A DNA stretch of 64,000 bases from Candidatus Poseidoniaceae archaeon (GCA_949372875.1 CASIAW010000012.1:11651-75650), one strand, 5' to 3'. Counted from the stretch's first letter, positions 35,201 to 44,422 are shown. Program-made: numbers and translations. The notes: generated by a model from the sequence alone, not told the origin.

Positions 35201-37351
35201 CCGAACAGCGTCGTTTTTGGATTTGATACCGTTGATCCGGAGCTCCTTTCAGTGAGCGTTTCAGAATTTGACCACATCGATGCACGCCCACTGACTGAAA
35301 TCGAATTTGTAATTGCAGATAGGCCAATTTTACCATCTCATGCAAAGGCTCACTTGTGGAGATCTTGGATTGATGATGTTAACTCTGATGGAGCAATGCA
35401 AGAGAGTGAGATACAAGCCCATCCACTCCTCCTTCCCGTGGATTTGAGTCTTGTTCAAGGCACTTACACACTGGGACTTGATACTTCAAACGCTTTTAGT
35501 GGCTCCTTTTTCAGCGGCTGGTTAGAAGTTGCTGACCCGGCAGGAAACATGATGTTAGCATCAGGAAGTATCGATGAGCCATTGTTCAATGTCCAAATCA
35601 ACAACGATGGTTCTCCTCAACTCGGTTCAGCACCTGCCAGTTGGAACATCGGCGAATCGAACTGGATTCATCCTGGTGAATCGAATGTATTGTATCTGCC
35701 ACTGTGGGACTTGAATGGAATTTCAGACATCTCCAACATCGAATTCGATTTAGCTGGAAACCAAAATGAACCAGTTCTCCTGAAATGGAATGCTACCAAC
35801 AACCAATGTACGAGTTTCGATATCTATCTTGACATCGAATCATGTGATTTTATTCCAAATCAGTCCAATGACTTGTTTTCTTCAGAAGGTACTTTCATCG
35901 TCAACTTTTCGCTTGAATGGGGCTTTGACCCCGACGTAAGTTTGACTCGAGTACCTACCGTCTTTATCCAAGATTACCTAGGGCAATCAAACACTCTTGC
36001 AGTGCCTGAACTCAGTTGGAAGTTTTCCGGAGAGATGTTTGTTGAACCAAGCAGTCTTGCTTACTCCATTCAAGGCGATGATGTCAATACGCTCGGTACA
36101 TGGGTTCAACCTCGTGAAGATATTCAGATATCTGGCGAACTGAGTTGGTATCGTTCCTCTCGATTTGTCATGCAACCGATTCAACTCGAAATGAGCCTTG
36201 GTTCGAGTGATACAGAACTCGGCTCACTGAATGGTTCCTTTTCTGGAAGTCTAGCGGCGCCACTCTCACCAGGTTCTTACGGTCTTTCCACTTCGTTGTA
36301 TCAACCTCCGAACGGAGCAATTGATCGAACCCCTTCGACGCCTCCTGCATGGTTTATTGTCGATAACCAAGTCCCCTCAGTTGTTGGCGTCCCATCTCCT
36401 TCGAATGGAATTGTTCTCTTCGAATCGTCATGGTCTTCCATAGATTTAGAAATCTTGATTTCGGAGTCTGATCGCCTCAAAGAAGATACGTTAATGCTTC
36501 ATTGGGCTGTTCACCCTGAAGGATTCGGAATCACGAGCGTGTCAGTCCTCAACGGTAGTCAGCCACTTTCGATTATTGGAGGGCGAGCCTTTGGCGATGC
36601 AATTCCTTGTTCAACTGTTTTAGATTTAGAGGAAATGTTGACATCTTCTATGCGAAATGAAGCTTTGGAATTACGAGTTTGGGCTACGGGTCAGGACTTT
36701 GCAGGGTATGAAATCAATCCCGTATTCAATGACGTAGACGCTCCATTAGCAGTTTGGGTTCTCGAGCAACGTATCGCAGAGTATTCTTTTACCATACCTG
36801 AAATGAAACCCAACAAAAACTTTGCAGCGGGTGATTCGGTCAGTCTTGGACTTTCGATAACCAACTCTGGATTAGCAGACGGTGATGCACAAATATTTGT
36901 TGAATTAGTAGAAAGTAACGGTGCTCGAACTCGGATTGACGCTCGCGGTATCCAAATTGAGGCTGGAAGCACCTATGTCTACTCCAAAGAATGGATTCCG
37001 GATCGGGCAGGCACCATGTGGATTGAGTTCCAAATCATTAACGGACCAATGGCGCAGTCGGAAACAGTCTATGTCGATGAAGCACGTTCTGAAGGTCTTC
37101 TTGGTGGAATTTCTTCGGTGAATCCTGTTCTCTTAATCGTAATATTTTTGCTCACTGTATCATTGGTTGCTCTCCTTCTCTTTGGATTGAAGACCACTCC
37201 GCAGGCAAGACCGATGGCAATGGAACAACGGCATATGGTCATTCAGGCAGCAGCACCTGTGGCACCACCAGTTACTCCTCAACCTGCGGCGCAAGGGCCT
37301 TATGGTACTCCACAGCAAGATGCATCTCCAGGCGAAAACCCGTATCAGTGA
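32288..37351 (+). CDS. Giant (1687 aa) secreted surface protein: signal peptide, MAM/jelly-roll-like module, many beta-rich modules, Ig/CARDB-like module, TM anchor, Pro-rich cytoplasmic tail
   Basis: Signal peptide LRCLAVVTLFLLSTLMQGYS. WDFENSNHGW....YDGWNVDDVSV (MAM/choice-of-anchor-like). C-terminal TM VLLIVIFLLTVSLVALLLFGL, then AAPVAPPVTPQPAAQGPYGTPQQ. Confidence 0.8.
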   Translation: MGTVRAMPLRCLAVVTLFLLSTLMQGYSISPEDSLNGFESPLNSPTPIGQSNMLSIGSFPDGANTNTVLGVVDGDALQSLDVNIESASLASSTGYSLTESLDFSTNTLYDGVDVNGSSLTILPQGWEWDFENSNHGWTLGTPAWFWGYDSVLGPTNGVSSGAKAIYTYNGNYPNGLSSTIWATSPVMNCSSCSGSWDLSFMKRLSIESATWDHAYVAVKGTNGAWTNVYSSVYTSDSAFYQQTISITNYVINNPSFQVRFGIGTTDSSVNYDGWNVDDVSVMPSGTGVSSGEGNWTSAPFSPSTLGQGEMRTFGYLHLDAEVPAGEILEWQLIDAATSQPVPGFEHSTAKSIDLGMIDWESHPSVRLSIHMKSQSGGVPAVHGIHFEGKVIEDFEENPTAMGWQLQANSWSTGQISGTGTLLSKDFNIRSGFAGFNSNCSLSGNGEMQYSLDGGTTWSTLIDGIQWLSNPHFTVQFRTISTGGSWTLDTFDVEMIRTSVADGLRIDIGMDGVSDWSLEGNGIGRLGIQDRLSDGSMWQTLTSTSSNAASFNFLLPADGVEGFEFGIASPLQQMISPFITMSIDGQDFMSSSLPNLQDIQVIQLTSTELASMNNALSQATVSHGVEGLPMVEVTLRLGSSSTNGEVMFGGIFAPYDTSLSLQFDSSDAVVIALNDALQSETSVGGAKELLLPIRMTSTGAVHLTVVQQSTQSSIEPVSIQVSNVTDSFTPSTDWIEVTSTFDFSNLGVSDAEAYVKANGWAVEMHLQGQTTESHTRCQTMSLPVFGSAVNGCLTQGTSMIWLQNGANGEIRMLGSEAFLQIDHRFKFTEQWDDEESLSLSVNLIAPTGPMLPVSMNFGLGSSHGVENDVAVKNWGILNGNQVQSMLSSPYLNPGDDVMVEVELGFENISMSPSPRSGSTLVRFLADGIEIQSTSIISNGLVSFPWTVPVNKESITLSLDVTPLNGQDIVFDVPNSVVFGFDTVDPELLSVSVSEFDHIDARPLTEIEFVIADRPILPSHAKAHLWRSWIDDVNSDGAMQESEIQAHPLLLPVDLSLVQGTYTLGLDTSNAFSGSFFSGWLEVADPAGNMMLASGSIDEPLFNVQINNDGSPQLGSAPASWNIGESNWIHPGESNVLYLPLWDLNGISDISNIEFDLAGNQNEPVLLKWNATNNQCTSFDIYLDIESCDFIPNQSNDLFSSEGTFIVNFSLEWGFDPDVSLTRVPTVFIQDYLGQSNTLAVPELSWKFSGEMFVEPSSLAYSIQGDDVNTLGTWVQPREDIQISGELSWYRSSRFVMQPIQLEMSLGSSDTELGSLNGSFSGSLAAPLSPGSYGLSTSLYQPPNGAIDRTPSTPPAWFIVDNQVPSVVGVPSPSNGIVLFESSWSSIDLEILISESDRLKEDTLMLHWAVHPEGFGITSVSVLNGSQPLSIIGGRAFGDAIPCSTVLDLEEMLTSSMRNEALELRVWATGQDFAGYEINPVFNDVDAPLAVWVLEQRIAEYSFTIPEMKPNKNFAAGDSVSLGLSITNSGLADGDAQIFVELVESNGARTRIDARGIQIEAGSTYVYSKEWIPDRAGTMWIEFQIINGPMAQSETVYVDEARSEGLLGGISSVNPVLLIVIFLLTVSLVALLLFGLKTTPQARPMAMEQRHMVIQAAAPVAPPVTPQPAAQGPYGTPQQDASPGENPYQ

Positions 37352-37401
37352 CTTCACCTCTTCACCCGAAGGTTTTGAATCGGTGATGTTTACCGCAGAC
37401 T

Positions 37402-37704
37402 GGAGGGAGTAGGAGGATCGCTGACAGAGTTCGACTCTGAGGAAAGTCCCCTCTCCCTAGTGCAAACGGCTTACACAAGTAAGAGAACAGAAATGGTCAG
37501 GTCAATGCTGCAGAAACGAACGATACAAGGTGTGTACAATGAAGTTGAAAAACCGAGATTGCCTTGTGGTCGATGAGACGAGCAACCCCGTTGGAGCAAG
37601 TCCAAACAGCCCCGTTGACGCTGCACGTCGAGGGGCAGGTAGGATGCTAAGTTGAATGCGGTCACCGAAAGGTAACAGAAAGGGGCTTACTCCCTACTCC
37701 CTCC
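37402..37704 (+). ncRNA. rnpB: RNase P RNA (archaeal type A)
   Basis: P1 helix GGAGGGAGTAGG / CCTACTCCCTCC. CR-I GAGGAAAGTCCCC. CR-V GGTAACAGAAAGGGGCTTAC. P4 pairing AAG-U-CCCC with GGGGCUU, including the conserved bulged U. Length ~303 nt. Confidence 0.85.
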
Positions 37705-37712
37705 ACCCCGAA

Positions 37713-40634
37713 CTAATCTTCCAAAAGTACTGCCTCAAGTGGCTTCATTGAGATGGCGGATGCTAAAGCAATTCCATCGCCATAATCTGCCCATGATTCC
37801 TCACCTTGGATTTTAGCGCGAATTGTATGTTCAGCAGAAATGATTGCTGGAAGCAAAAAAGTGCTGGTGATGAAGGCAAAGAAAATGAGTAAACACATGA
37901 CGACGAAAAAGTTCACCAAACCTGGGAAAGCCGCAAAACATCCTGCAGCAATACCTGACATTGTCGTAGCGGTGGTTTCAAAAATTGTCTGACCAGTCTC
38001 CTTGACTGAATTCGAAATACCAGTTGGTGTTTCCCCCTCTTCCCGAATCCTGTGCATGACGTGTATCGCATCATCAACACCAATTCCGAAGACAATTGTA
38101 CCAATCATTGCAGTGAATATGTTGACATTGACATCTCCACTTTTCATGAGGAGTGGCTGCCAGAGAATGACTACAGCAACAGGAATCATTGTGTAGATTC
38201 CTAATCGTGGCGAACGGAACACAATGGATAAGAGCACTGTTAGAACAATCATTGTGATCACTGTTGTGGAGGTCTGAGAGTCGTGTATTCCTTCGTTAAT
38301 GTCGAGAGAAACTGGAAGTCCACCGGTGAGAAGAGAGGTGCGTGTTTGTCCGTCAACTTCTGGCTCATTCACCAAGAGGTCGTCGATTTGATCCCTTAAA
38401 TCACCAGCAATGTTGAGATTCATGTATGGTTGAGTCACATAGACAATTGCTTTGGTGCCTTCTTCATTGAGTAACATTGAACGAACTTCATCAGAGAGGG
38501 TATCGAAAACCACATTGACCATATCTTTTCGTAGACCCTGACGGCCATCTTCTCCCGTTAATTCAAGGGTGAGCCAAACATTACACTCGATTGGGTCGTT
38601 GCTGTCCCAACAGGGGTCGTGAAGCAAATCCCACAGACTTCCTTCATACAGAGTGACGCCATCGGCTAAGGTGATTGTTGCGGGTATTGTTTTGAGGAAG
38701 GTGATGATGCTTGTTGTATTTGTTTCATCAACTTGGTCAATTTTATTTTCGATGGCATCAATGGCATCAAGAACAGGAAGATCTCGAATATTGTCCGTCT
38801 TATTCTGCTGAGCCTGCAATGTTCGCTCTTCGGCATCAAAGATGAACAAAGACGTTTGTCCTCCGCTGAATGCTCGAGAATACTCTGCCAGCACATTCAA
38901 TGAATCGATTCCGTCAGGAGCTTCTGATGATCCCGTGATAGGTTCATTCATCGTGTCCCAATTCGAAACACCGAGCGATGTGACTGCAATCGCTCCGAAG
39001 ATAATCACGAGTATTCCAAGAGCGGATACCGGGAAAGTACCAACATGCTTCAACCCATTCTTTAGCCACTGAGGATTACTCCTTTTGTTAAACCGCAGCA
39101 TCCAAGCCAAGGTTGGGACGAGGATAATACTGAATATGAGGGTCGAAAAGATTCCCAAACACAACGTTACTCCAACAGAGCGAATCGGTGCAATTGAAAC
39201 AATTTGTGGGGCAATGAGGACCGAGAAACCTACGATGGTTGTCATGGCAGACAAAAAGACAGCAACACCCGTTGAACGGGTCATTTCAAGAACACACTCC
39301 CGGTAGAATTCAAGGTCCCAAAGTTCGGGGACTTCTTCAGGTGGTTTCCCTTGCTTCCGTCGACGTTCATTTTCATCATGCGCTTTGTCGATTTCCTTAC
39401 GCCGAACTTCTTCAATACGATTGACCATATGCAGAGCATAGTCCACTCCAAGGCCTATCAGAATAGGGAATGTCGCAATAATCATTGGTGTTAACGTTAT
39501 ATCTAAGAGAACAGAAGTCCCAAATGTAACTGCGAGAGCCATTACAATCGGCGTTCCTGTAATCACAACGACCTTGATTGAACGGTGAAGTAAGGTGATG
39601 ACGAGGATAGTAATAATCACTGAAATCGGTAAAATCTTTAGTAAATCTTCGTAAATAGAATCGGAAATATCTTCGAGAACTTTGGTTAATCCTGTAACGG
39701 TCATTTCGGTATTTTGCATGTCAGTTGAGCGGTCATCGATAACATTTTGGAAATGTTCATGCAGGTGACTGAAGTCACGGAAATCAGCCACACTCGGATC
39801 GTGATGCATACCGATTACTATTGCTGCAGTATCCCAAATACCGTCTCCGTCAAGGTCGTTGGTTGTGTTCCCATCATTGTCACTATCGACATTTGGATCC
39901 ATGTCATTTGTATCTTTGAACAGTGCATCAAATCCTCCATCAGACTCTTCAATGATTTGGTCTATAGTTTGTTGATCCGGAATTGCATAGGCGCCTCCAC
40001 CCGGTAAAAGATCACAATCGAGGTCCAATGGAATGCGGTTGTTGAGTCCGTGAAGGCACAGTGAATTGTTGAATCGTCCATCTGCAGAATTGATTTCTTT
40101 GATGACTTGTGCAGGTGATATGATCCAAAGCACACCATCGTCACGTCCGTGATCATCTTTACTGTAATCGATTCCTCTACCGGTACTACCTGCGCCATTG
40201 GCATTCATGTCATCGCCTTCAACCCAGCTTATTTCCTGCAAAAAAGCCTCATTGGTGATATTCAGGGTGTTCGCGGTGTCAAATGCATTTGGGGTTTGAA
40301 CATAGATAATGGCTATGTCCGTCGACCATTCCGTTCGGACTTCTTTCAGGAGGTCTGTTGAAGCAGCGCCATCAGGGAGAAAAATTTCGACATCGTCATC
40401 GATTTGCTCTTGGAACGATAGCCCTTGCTGTGCAAAAAAGGCAGCAACAATTACCAATAAAATGACGACTGTTGCCGGTGATGCGAGAATGCTGCTATAC
40501 ATTTGGTCGACTCGACGAGCGGTCAAGTCGTTTGCTTGATTGCGAAATGAGGAAAGCCGGTTACGGATTTTATCCCATTCCCCTCCCTTCTCCATAGCCA
40601 TGCGACGAAGTGGAGGGCTTTGAATGATACTCAA
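37713..40634 (-). CDS. RND-superfamily exporter, MMPL/HAE3-like (COG1033 type), 12 TM with two large extracytoplasmic domains
   Basis: Duplicated 6-TM blocks with the SSD-like motif (GLGVDYALHM / GIGVDDAIHVMHR) and large loops after TM1 and TM7. Confidence 0.8.
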   Translation of the reverse strand: MSIIQSPPLRRMAMEKGGEWDKIRNRLSSFRNQANDLTARRVDQMYSSILASPATVVILLVIVAAFFAQQGLSFQEQIDDDVEIFLPDGAASTDLLKEVRTEWSTDIAIIYVQTPNAFDTANTLNITNEAFLQEISWVEGDDMNANGAGSTGRGIDYSKDDHGRDDGVLWIISPAQVIKEINSADGRFNNSLCLHGLNNRIPLDLDCDLLPGGGAYAIPDQQTIDQIIEESDGGFDALFKDTNDMDPNVDSDNDGNTTNDLDGDGIWDTAAIVIGMHHDPSVADFRDFSHLHEHFQNVIDDRSTDMQNTEMTVTGLTKVLEDISDSIYEDLLKILPISVIITILVITLLHRSIKVVVITGTPIVMALAVTFGTSVLLDITLTPMIIATFPILIGLGVDYALHMVNRIEEVRRKEIDKAHDENERRRKQGKPPEEVPELWDLEFYRECVLEMTRSTGVAVFLSAMTTIVGFSVLIAPQIVSIAPIRSVGVTLCLGIFSTLIFSIILVPTLAWMLRFNKRSNPQWLKNGLKHVGTFPVSALGILVIIFGAIAVTSLGVSNWDTMNEPITGSSEAPDGIDSLNVLAEYSRAFSGGQTSLFIFDAEERTLQAQQNKTDNIRDLPVLDAIDAIENKIDQVDETNTTSIITFLKTIPATITLADGVTLYEGSLWDLLHDPCWDSNDPIECNVWLTLELTGEDGRQGLRKDMVNVVFDTLSDEVRSMLLNEEGTKAIVYVTQPYMNLNIAGDLRDQIDDLLVNEPEVDGQTRTSLLTGGLPVSLDINEGIHDSQTSTTVITMIVLTVLLSIVFRSPRLGIYTMIPVAVVILWQPLLMKSGDVNVNIFTAMIGTIVFGIGVDDAIHVMHRIREEGETPTGISNSVKETGQTIFETTATTMSGIAAGCFAAFPGLVNFFVVMCLLIFFAFITSTFLLPAIISAEHTIRAKIQGEESWADYGDGIALASAISMKPLEAVLLED

Positions 40635-40667
40635 ATACGAGCATCGAATTGAGGGAAATGGATGTTC

Positions 40668-41603
40668 TCAATCGAGTCCAAACTCACGTACAAGTAAGTG
40701 TCGTAAAAATCCGCGAGCACTTTGCAGAACTAAACCAGTGGCCATGAGAGAAAGTCCCAATACTCCAATCCAGATTGCAGAAAGCCCAGGTCCTACGAAA
40801 CTATCGATGTGGTTCGTAACTCCTTGAGCGGTGTTCATGCCCATTGCTGCACCAGTTGCGAGAAGTCCGAACCCTGGAACGCCTAATACCAACAACGGTT
40901 TCTTTTGTGATAGCGAAAGCATTGCCCAAGTGAGGACGGTAAACCCATGAGATACGGCAGTGAAATTCGAGCCTTTTGGTACATCGTAACGAATCAGGGT
41001 TGGGACTTCCACAATCTCAAGTTGTTTTTCACGAGCATCTTCGAGCATTTCTAGCGAAAGTTCCATGCCCTCTGAATCAAATCGCAGTCGTTCAAGAGCT
41101 GTTCGTGAAAATGCACGGAATCCTGATTGCGTGTCTTTAATCCCAAGATCACTTGAAAGATTGCTTGCTGCGGTGATGACTTTGATACCTAGCCGGCGGT
41201 ATGCTGGCATATCGGTGCCACCTCCACCTTCTACGAATCGAGACCCTATTGTAAAATCCGCTTTTCCAGAGAGAATTGGTTTCAGAAGTTTAGGAATGTC
41301 CGATGAAAGGTGTTGTCCATCGCTGTCAAGGACTACTAAAGCATCGACATCAAGGTCTTTGGCTTTGACGAAGAGTGTTTTGAGGGCACCTCCATAGCCT
41401 CTGTTGACGCGATGGCGTATGACAGTTGCACCGCATGCTTCCGCTATTCGTGCACTCGAATCAGAGGAGCCATCATCGATGCAAATAACTGCATCAACAT
41501 GCCGTAAAGCAGTGGTGACAACAGTCCCTATTGTTTCCTCTTCGTTGTACATTGGCATGCCTGCGACGATGAAACGTTTTACCGAATCGATGGACTTTTC
41601 CAT
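40668..41603 (-). CDS. Family 2 glycosyltransferase (dolichyl-phosphate glycosyltransferase-like)
   Basis: FIVAGMPMYNEEETIG...VICIDDGSSDSS...NRGYGGALKT...VVLDSDGQH plus two C-terminal TMs. The ATG at 41603 is preferred over TTG 41660. Confidence 0.8.
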   Translation of the reverse strand: MEKSIDSVKRFIVAGMPMYNEEETIGTVVTTALRHVDAVICIDDGSSDSSARIAEACGATVIRHRVNRGYGGALKTLFVKAKDLDVDALVVLDSDGQHLSSDIPKLLKPILSGKADFTIGSRFVEGGGGTDMPAYRRLGIKVITAASNLSSDLGIKDTQSGFRAFSRTALERLRFDSEGMELSLEMLEDAREKQLEIVEVPTLIRYDVPKGSNFTAVSHGFTVLTWAMLSLSQKKPLLVLGVPGFGLLATGAAMGMNTAQGVTNHIDSFVGPGLSAIWIGVLGLSLMATGLVLQSARGFLRHLLVREFGLD

Positions 41604-41686
41604 TGTACTCACCCATGCTTTCGCGGTTTCCAGTCGTATATAGTAATATAGTCCTCGCAAGAATTAATCTTTGGAATTGTGGAGGG

Positions 41687-41742
41687 GCTTCTTCAAGGGT
41701 CGAAACCCCTGAAGAAGCGGCATCGTATTTCGAGGAAATACG
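41687..41742. other. Two adjacent perfect hairpins in a 106-163-nt intergenic spacer
   Basis: Hairpin 1, 41687-41718: GCTTCTTCA.GGG-tcgaaac-CCC.TGAAGAAGC. Hairpin 2, 41724-41742: CGTATTTC-gag-GAAATACG. Confidence 0.5.
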
Positions 41743-41766
41743 TAAGACGATGTAGATACAGGAACT

Positions 41767-42051
41767 TCAATCTTGAAGTTGAGTAACTGTTGTGACTGCA
41801 CGTTCTCCAGAGAGTACTTTCTCAAGGGCGTTCAGTGACATGACCAGAGGGACATAGGCTTGTCCATCGCTGGTGACATAGGTTGAGCAATCAGAAAAAG
41901 CTGCTGTGTTAATGGAGATTTTAAGGGCTCCTCCAGCGTTACTCTTTCGGACATATCCGACCAGTATGTTTGTCATTTCGTCTTCGGTTATAGGCATCGT
42001 TTTTTCATTTGTTTTTGGCATTTTTTCAACTCCATCGCCGGAATTACTCAC
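41767..42051 (-). CDS. Hypothetical 94-aa protein
   Basis: ATG ORF with ordinary composition (..GYVRKSNAGGALKISINTAAF...DGQAYVPLVMSLNALEKVLSGERAVTTVTQ). No family recognised. Confidence 0.5.
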   Translation of the reverse strand: MSNSGDGVEKMPKTNEKTMPITEDEMTNILVGYVRKSNAGGALKISINTAAFSDCSTYVTSDGQAYVPLVMSLNALEKVLSGERAVTTVTQLQD

Positions 42052-42178
42052 GGCGGTAACTTTCTAGCACCTGATTAATGGTTATCAAAGACATGGCTGC
42101 ATTTCTTAATCCGATGAAGTTGACTTGGTAGCCACAAAATTACCAAAGACTCTTACATGGGTGTTTCTTGATTGAACC

Positions 42179-43141
42179 ATGCGAGCATTGGTGACCGGTG
42201 GTGCGGGGTTCATTGGTTCCCATTTGATTGACCAATTGGTGGCCCGCGGTGATACGGTCACTGTTTTGGATAATCTCTCGAGTGGAAAACTTGACTTCAT
42301 TCAAGAGCACATTGACTCTGGCGCCGTAACGCACATTCATGGAGATCTTACTGATTTCGAGACTGTCCTGTCGTCAATGGAAGGTATCGATTGTGTCTTT
42401 CATCTTGCCGCTAACCCAGACATTCGTCTCGGAACACGCATCACAGACACTGATTTGAAACAAGGAACACTAGCAACCTACAATGTTGTTGAATCCATGC
42501 GTCGTTGCGAGGTAAAGAAAATTGCCTTTGCCTCCTCTTCGGTAGTCTATGGAGAAGATGCACCACTTCCAACACCTGAAACTCACGGGCCCTGTATGCC
42601 CATTTCGTTGTATGGGGCAAGTAAGCAAGCTGGTGAAGGATTAATCAGCAGTTGGGTCGGGACTTTTGGACTACAAGCATGGATTTTTCGCTTTGCCAAT
42701 ATTATTGGAACTCGTGGAACTCATGGCGTAATTTTTGATTTCATTCACAAACTCAAAGCTGACCCCTCACGGCTCGAAGTGCTCGGAAATGGTCTTCAAG
42801 AAAAGTCATACATGGAGGTTGAAGATTGCGTAAACGGAATTCTTCACGTCATGGAGCATTCGAACGATTCACTCAATTTGTTCAATCTCGGCTCTCATGA
42901 CACTGCATCTGTTCGCCGCATCGCTGAAATTGTCGTTGAAGAAACGGGTTGTCACGATGCATCAATCGAATACACCGGCGGTGAACGAGGCTGGGCAGGA
43001 GATATTCCAAGAGCAATGCTGGGTATTGATAAGATGATGTCCACAGGCTATGATGTCCGGTTTAACAGCGAGGCTGCAATCCGCCACACCGCCAAAGCAC
43101 TTATTCAAGAAATTGGAATTCATGAGGAGATGGAAAAATGA
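42179..43141 (+). CDS. NAD-dependent nucleotide-sugar epimerase/dehydratase (extended SDR)
   Basis: MRALVTGGAGFIGSHL, SSS..YG and the YGASK catalytic motif. Confidence 0.85.
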   Translation: MRALVTGGAGFIGSHLIDQLVARGDTVTVLDNLSSGKLDFIQEHIDSGAVTHIHGDLTDFETVLSSMEGIDCVFHLAANPDIRLGTRITDTDLKQGTLATYNVVESMRRCEVKKIAFASSSVVYGEDAPLPTPETHGPCMPISLYGASKQAGEGLISSWVGTFGLQAWIFRFANIIGTRGTHGVIFDFIHKLKADPSRLEVLGNGLQEKSYMEVEDCVNGILHVMEHSNDSLNLFNLGSHDTASVRRIAEIVVEETGCHDASIEYTGGERGWAGDIPRAMLGIDKMMSTGYDVRFNSEAAIRHTAKALIQEIGIHEEMEK

Positions 43142-43821
43142 AGCATATGTATGATGAAGAAGCAGATGTACGAACTACAGCATTGATTCGAGTAATGGCT
43201 CTTTTCTTTGTCGGTATCATGATTATTGCTGCAACTACAAGCCCAATTGCAACAGGTACGAAAGAAGGAGAACGTGCTCCAGCACTTGAAGGCAAATTTT
43301 ACAATGGAAGTGGCTGGTCCGATTTTAATCTCGAATCATACTGGGACCCGACATGGGAGGAAGGCGATATCACCGGTCAATGGGTCGTCGTTGAATTCAT
43401 GGACACAGATTGTCCTTATTGTGTCCAATCCGCCGAAGAAATAGCCATTAACGCAAATGACTTCGCAAACAGCGATAATGGCTGGGATGGAGCGACCGTT
43501 AATTTCATTGCCAGTGTTGCCGAACTCAACATCCAAGGTCACGACTCTAGTCGGGCTGAAATGATTGCGTTCCGTAATAAAATTGCAGATTCCGGTGAAT
43601 CGTGTGCTGGTAGTGACTGTGGTTCTCGCCCTGGTGCAGCACATAATTTCCCTTACATCGACGACTTGGACCTCGACAACATGCAGAAATGGAAAGTTTC
43701 CGGCACTCCGAGTTATTACCTCATTCAACCTGATGGCATTATTGCTTGGAGTTCTGCAGAACACCAAGGTGAAGAACTTCGTGATGCAATCCTTTCATTG
43801 GTTCCCCGGGAGAGTGCTTGA
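43138..43821 (+). CDS. Membrane-anchored thioredoxin-fold thiol:disulfide oxidoreductase (TlpA/ResA/DsbA-analogue)
   Basis: N-terminal TM LIRVMALFFVGIMIIAA. WVVVEFMDTDCPYCVQSAEE (CPYC). cis-Pro region GTPSYYLI. ATGA overlap with the epimerase gene. Confidence 0.7.
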   Translation: MKHMYDEEADVRTTALIRVMALFFVGIMIIAATTSPIATGTKEGERAPALEGKFYNGSGWSDFNLESYWDPTWEEGDITGQWVVVEFMDTDCPYCVQSAEEIAINANDFANSDNGWDGATVNFIASVAELNIQGHDSSRAEMIAFRNKIADSGESCAGSDCGSRPGAAHNFPYIDDLDLDNMQKWKVSGTPSYYLIQPDGIIAWSSAEHQGEELRDAILSLVPRESA

Positions 43822-44412
43822 ATGGATCCAAACCTTCAACTGATGCTCTACCTCATCCCAACGATTGTTGGTTTGCTCTTGGTTCTCCCATTTGGGCGTT
43901 CACTTGTCACGCCATTTGCCGAAAGTTATCCTTCACTCGGTACTGAAAGAGGCCGAGTGTTTTTCGGACTCATCTTGACTTGTATTGCAGGTGCCGCTGT
44001 CTCTTTTCAGACGCTTTGGATTTCTTCGAAAATAAGCGAAGGAGGGAATTTCTGTTCCGCCGATACCGTCTTTTCTTGTGATGATGTCATTGGAAATGCC
44101 GAGTACAATGTTGACCCAATATTTGGTCTGCCATGGGGCGGAATTGGAGCAGCAACGTTTTGCATACTCCTGTATCTCGTTTATTCCTCATCCAAAGAGC
44201 CAAATGCAAGTTGGGTGCCTCTTCACTTGAGACTTGGCGTTTTGATTACTTTTTCTGGTTTCTTTGTCATTGCATTACTGGTGTATTACGAATTTCAAAT
44301 GGAAAAGATTTGTCAATACTGCACAACAGCCCACCTTGCGAACATAGGGGCGTTCATTGGTTTCCTTCGCTTAATGCGTATGGATGATACCAAAGAGTGG
44401 AACGACGCTTAA
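43822..44412 (+). CDS. Vitamin K epoxide reductase (VKOR) family membrane protein
   Basis: Loop cysteines CSADTVFSC (C-x7-C) followed by ...GLPWGGIG, and CQYC at the start of the last TM pair. 4-5 TM. Confidence 0.7.
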   Translation: MDPNLQLMLYLIPTIVGLLLVLPFGRSLVTPFAESYPSLGTERGRVFFGLILTCIAGAAVSFQTLWISSKISEGGNFCSADTVFSCDDVIGNAEYNVDPIFGLPWGGIGAATFCILLYLVYSSSKEPNASWVPLHLRLGVLITFSGFFVIALLVYYEFQMEKICQYCTTAHLANIGAFIGFLRLMRMDDTKEWNDA

Positions 44413-44422
44413 AGGTGATTAA

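Noticed and set aside
37471-37665. 64-aa minus-strand ORF in the spacer between the giant protein and the RND exporter
   Set aside because: It lies wholly inside the RNase P RNA gene.
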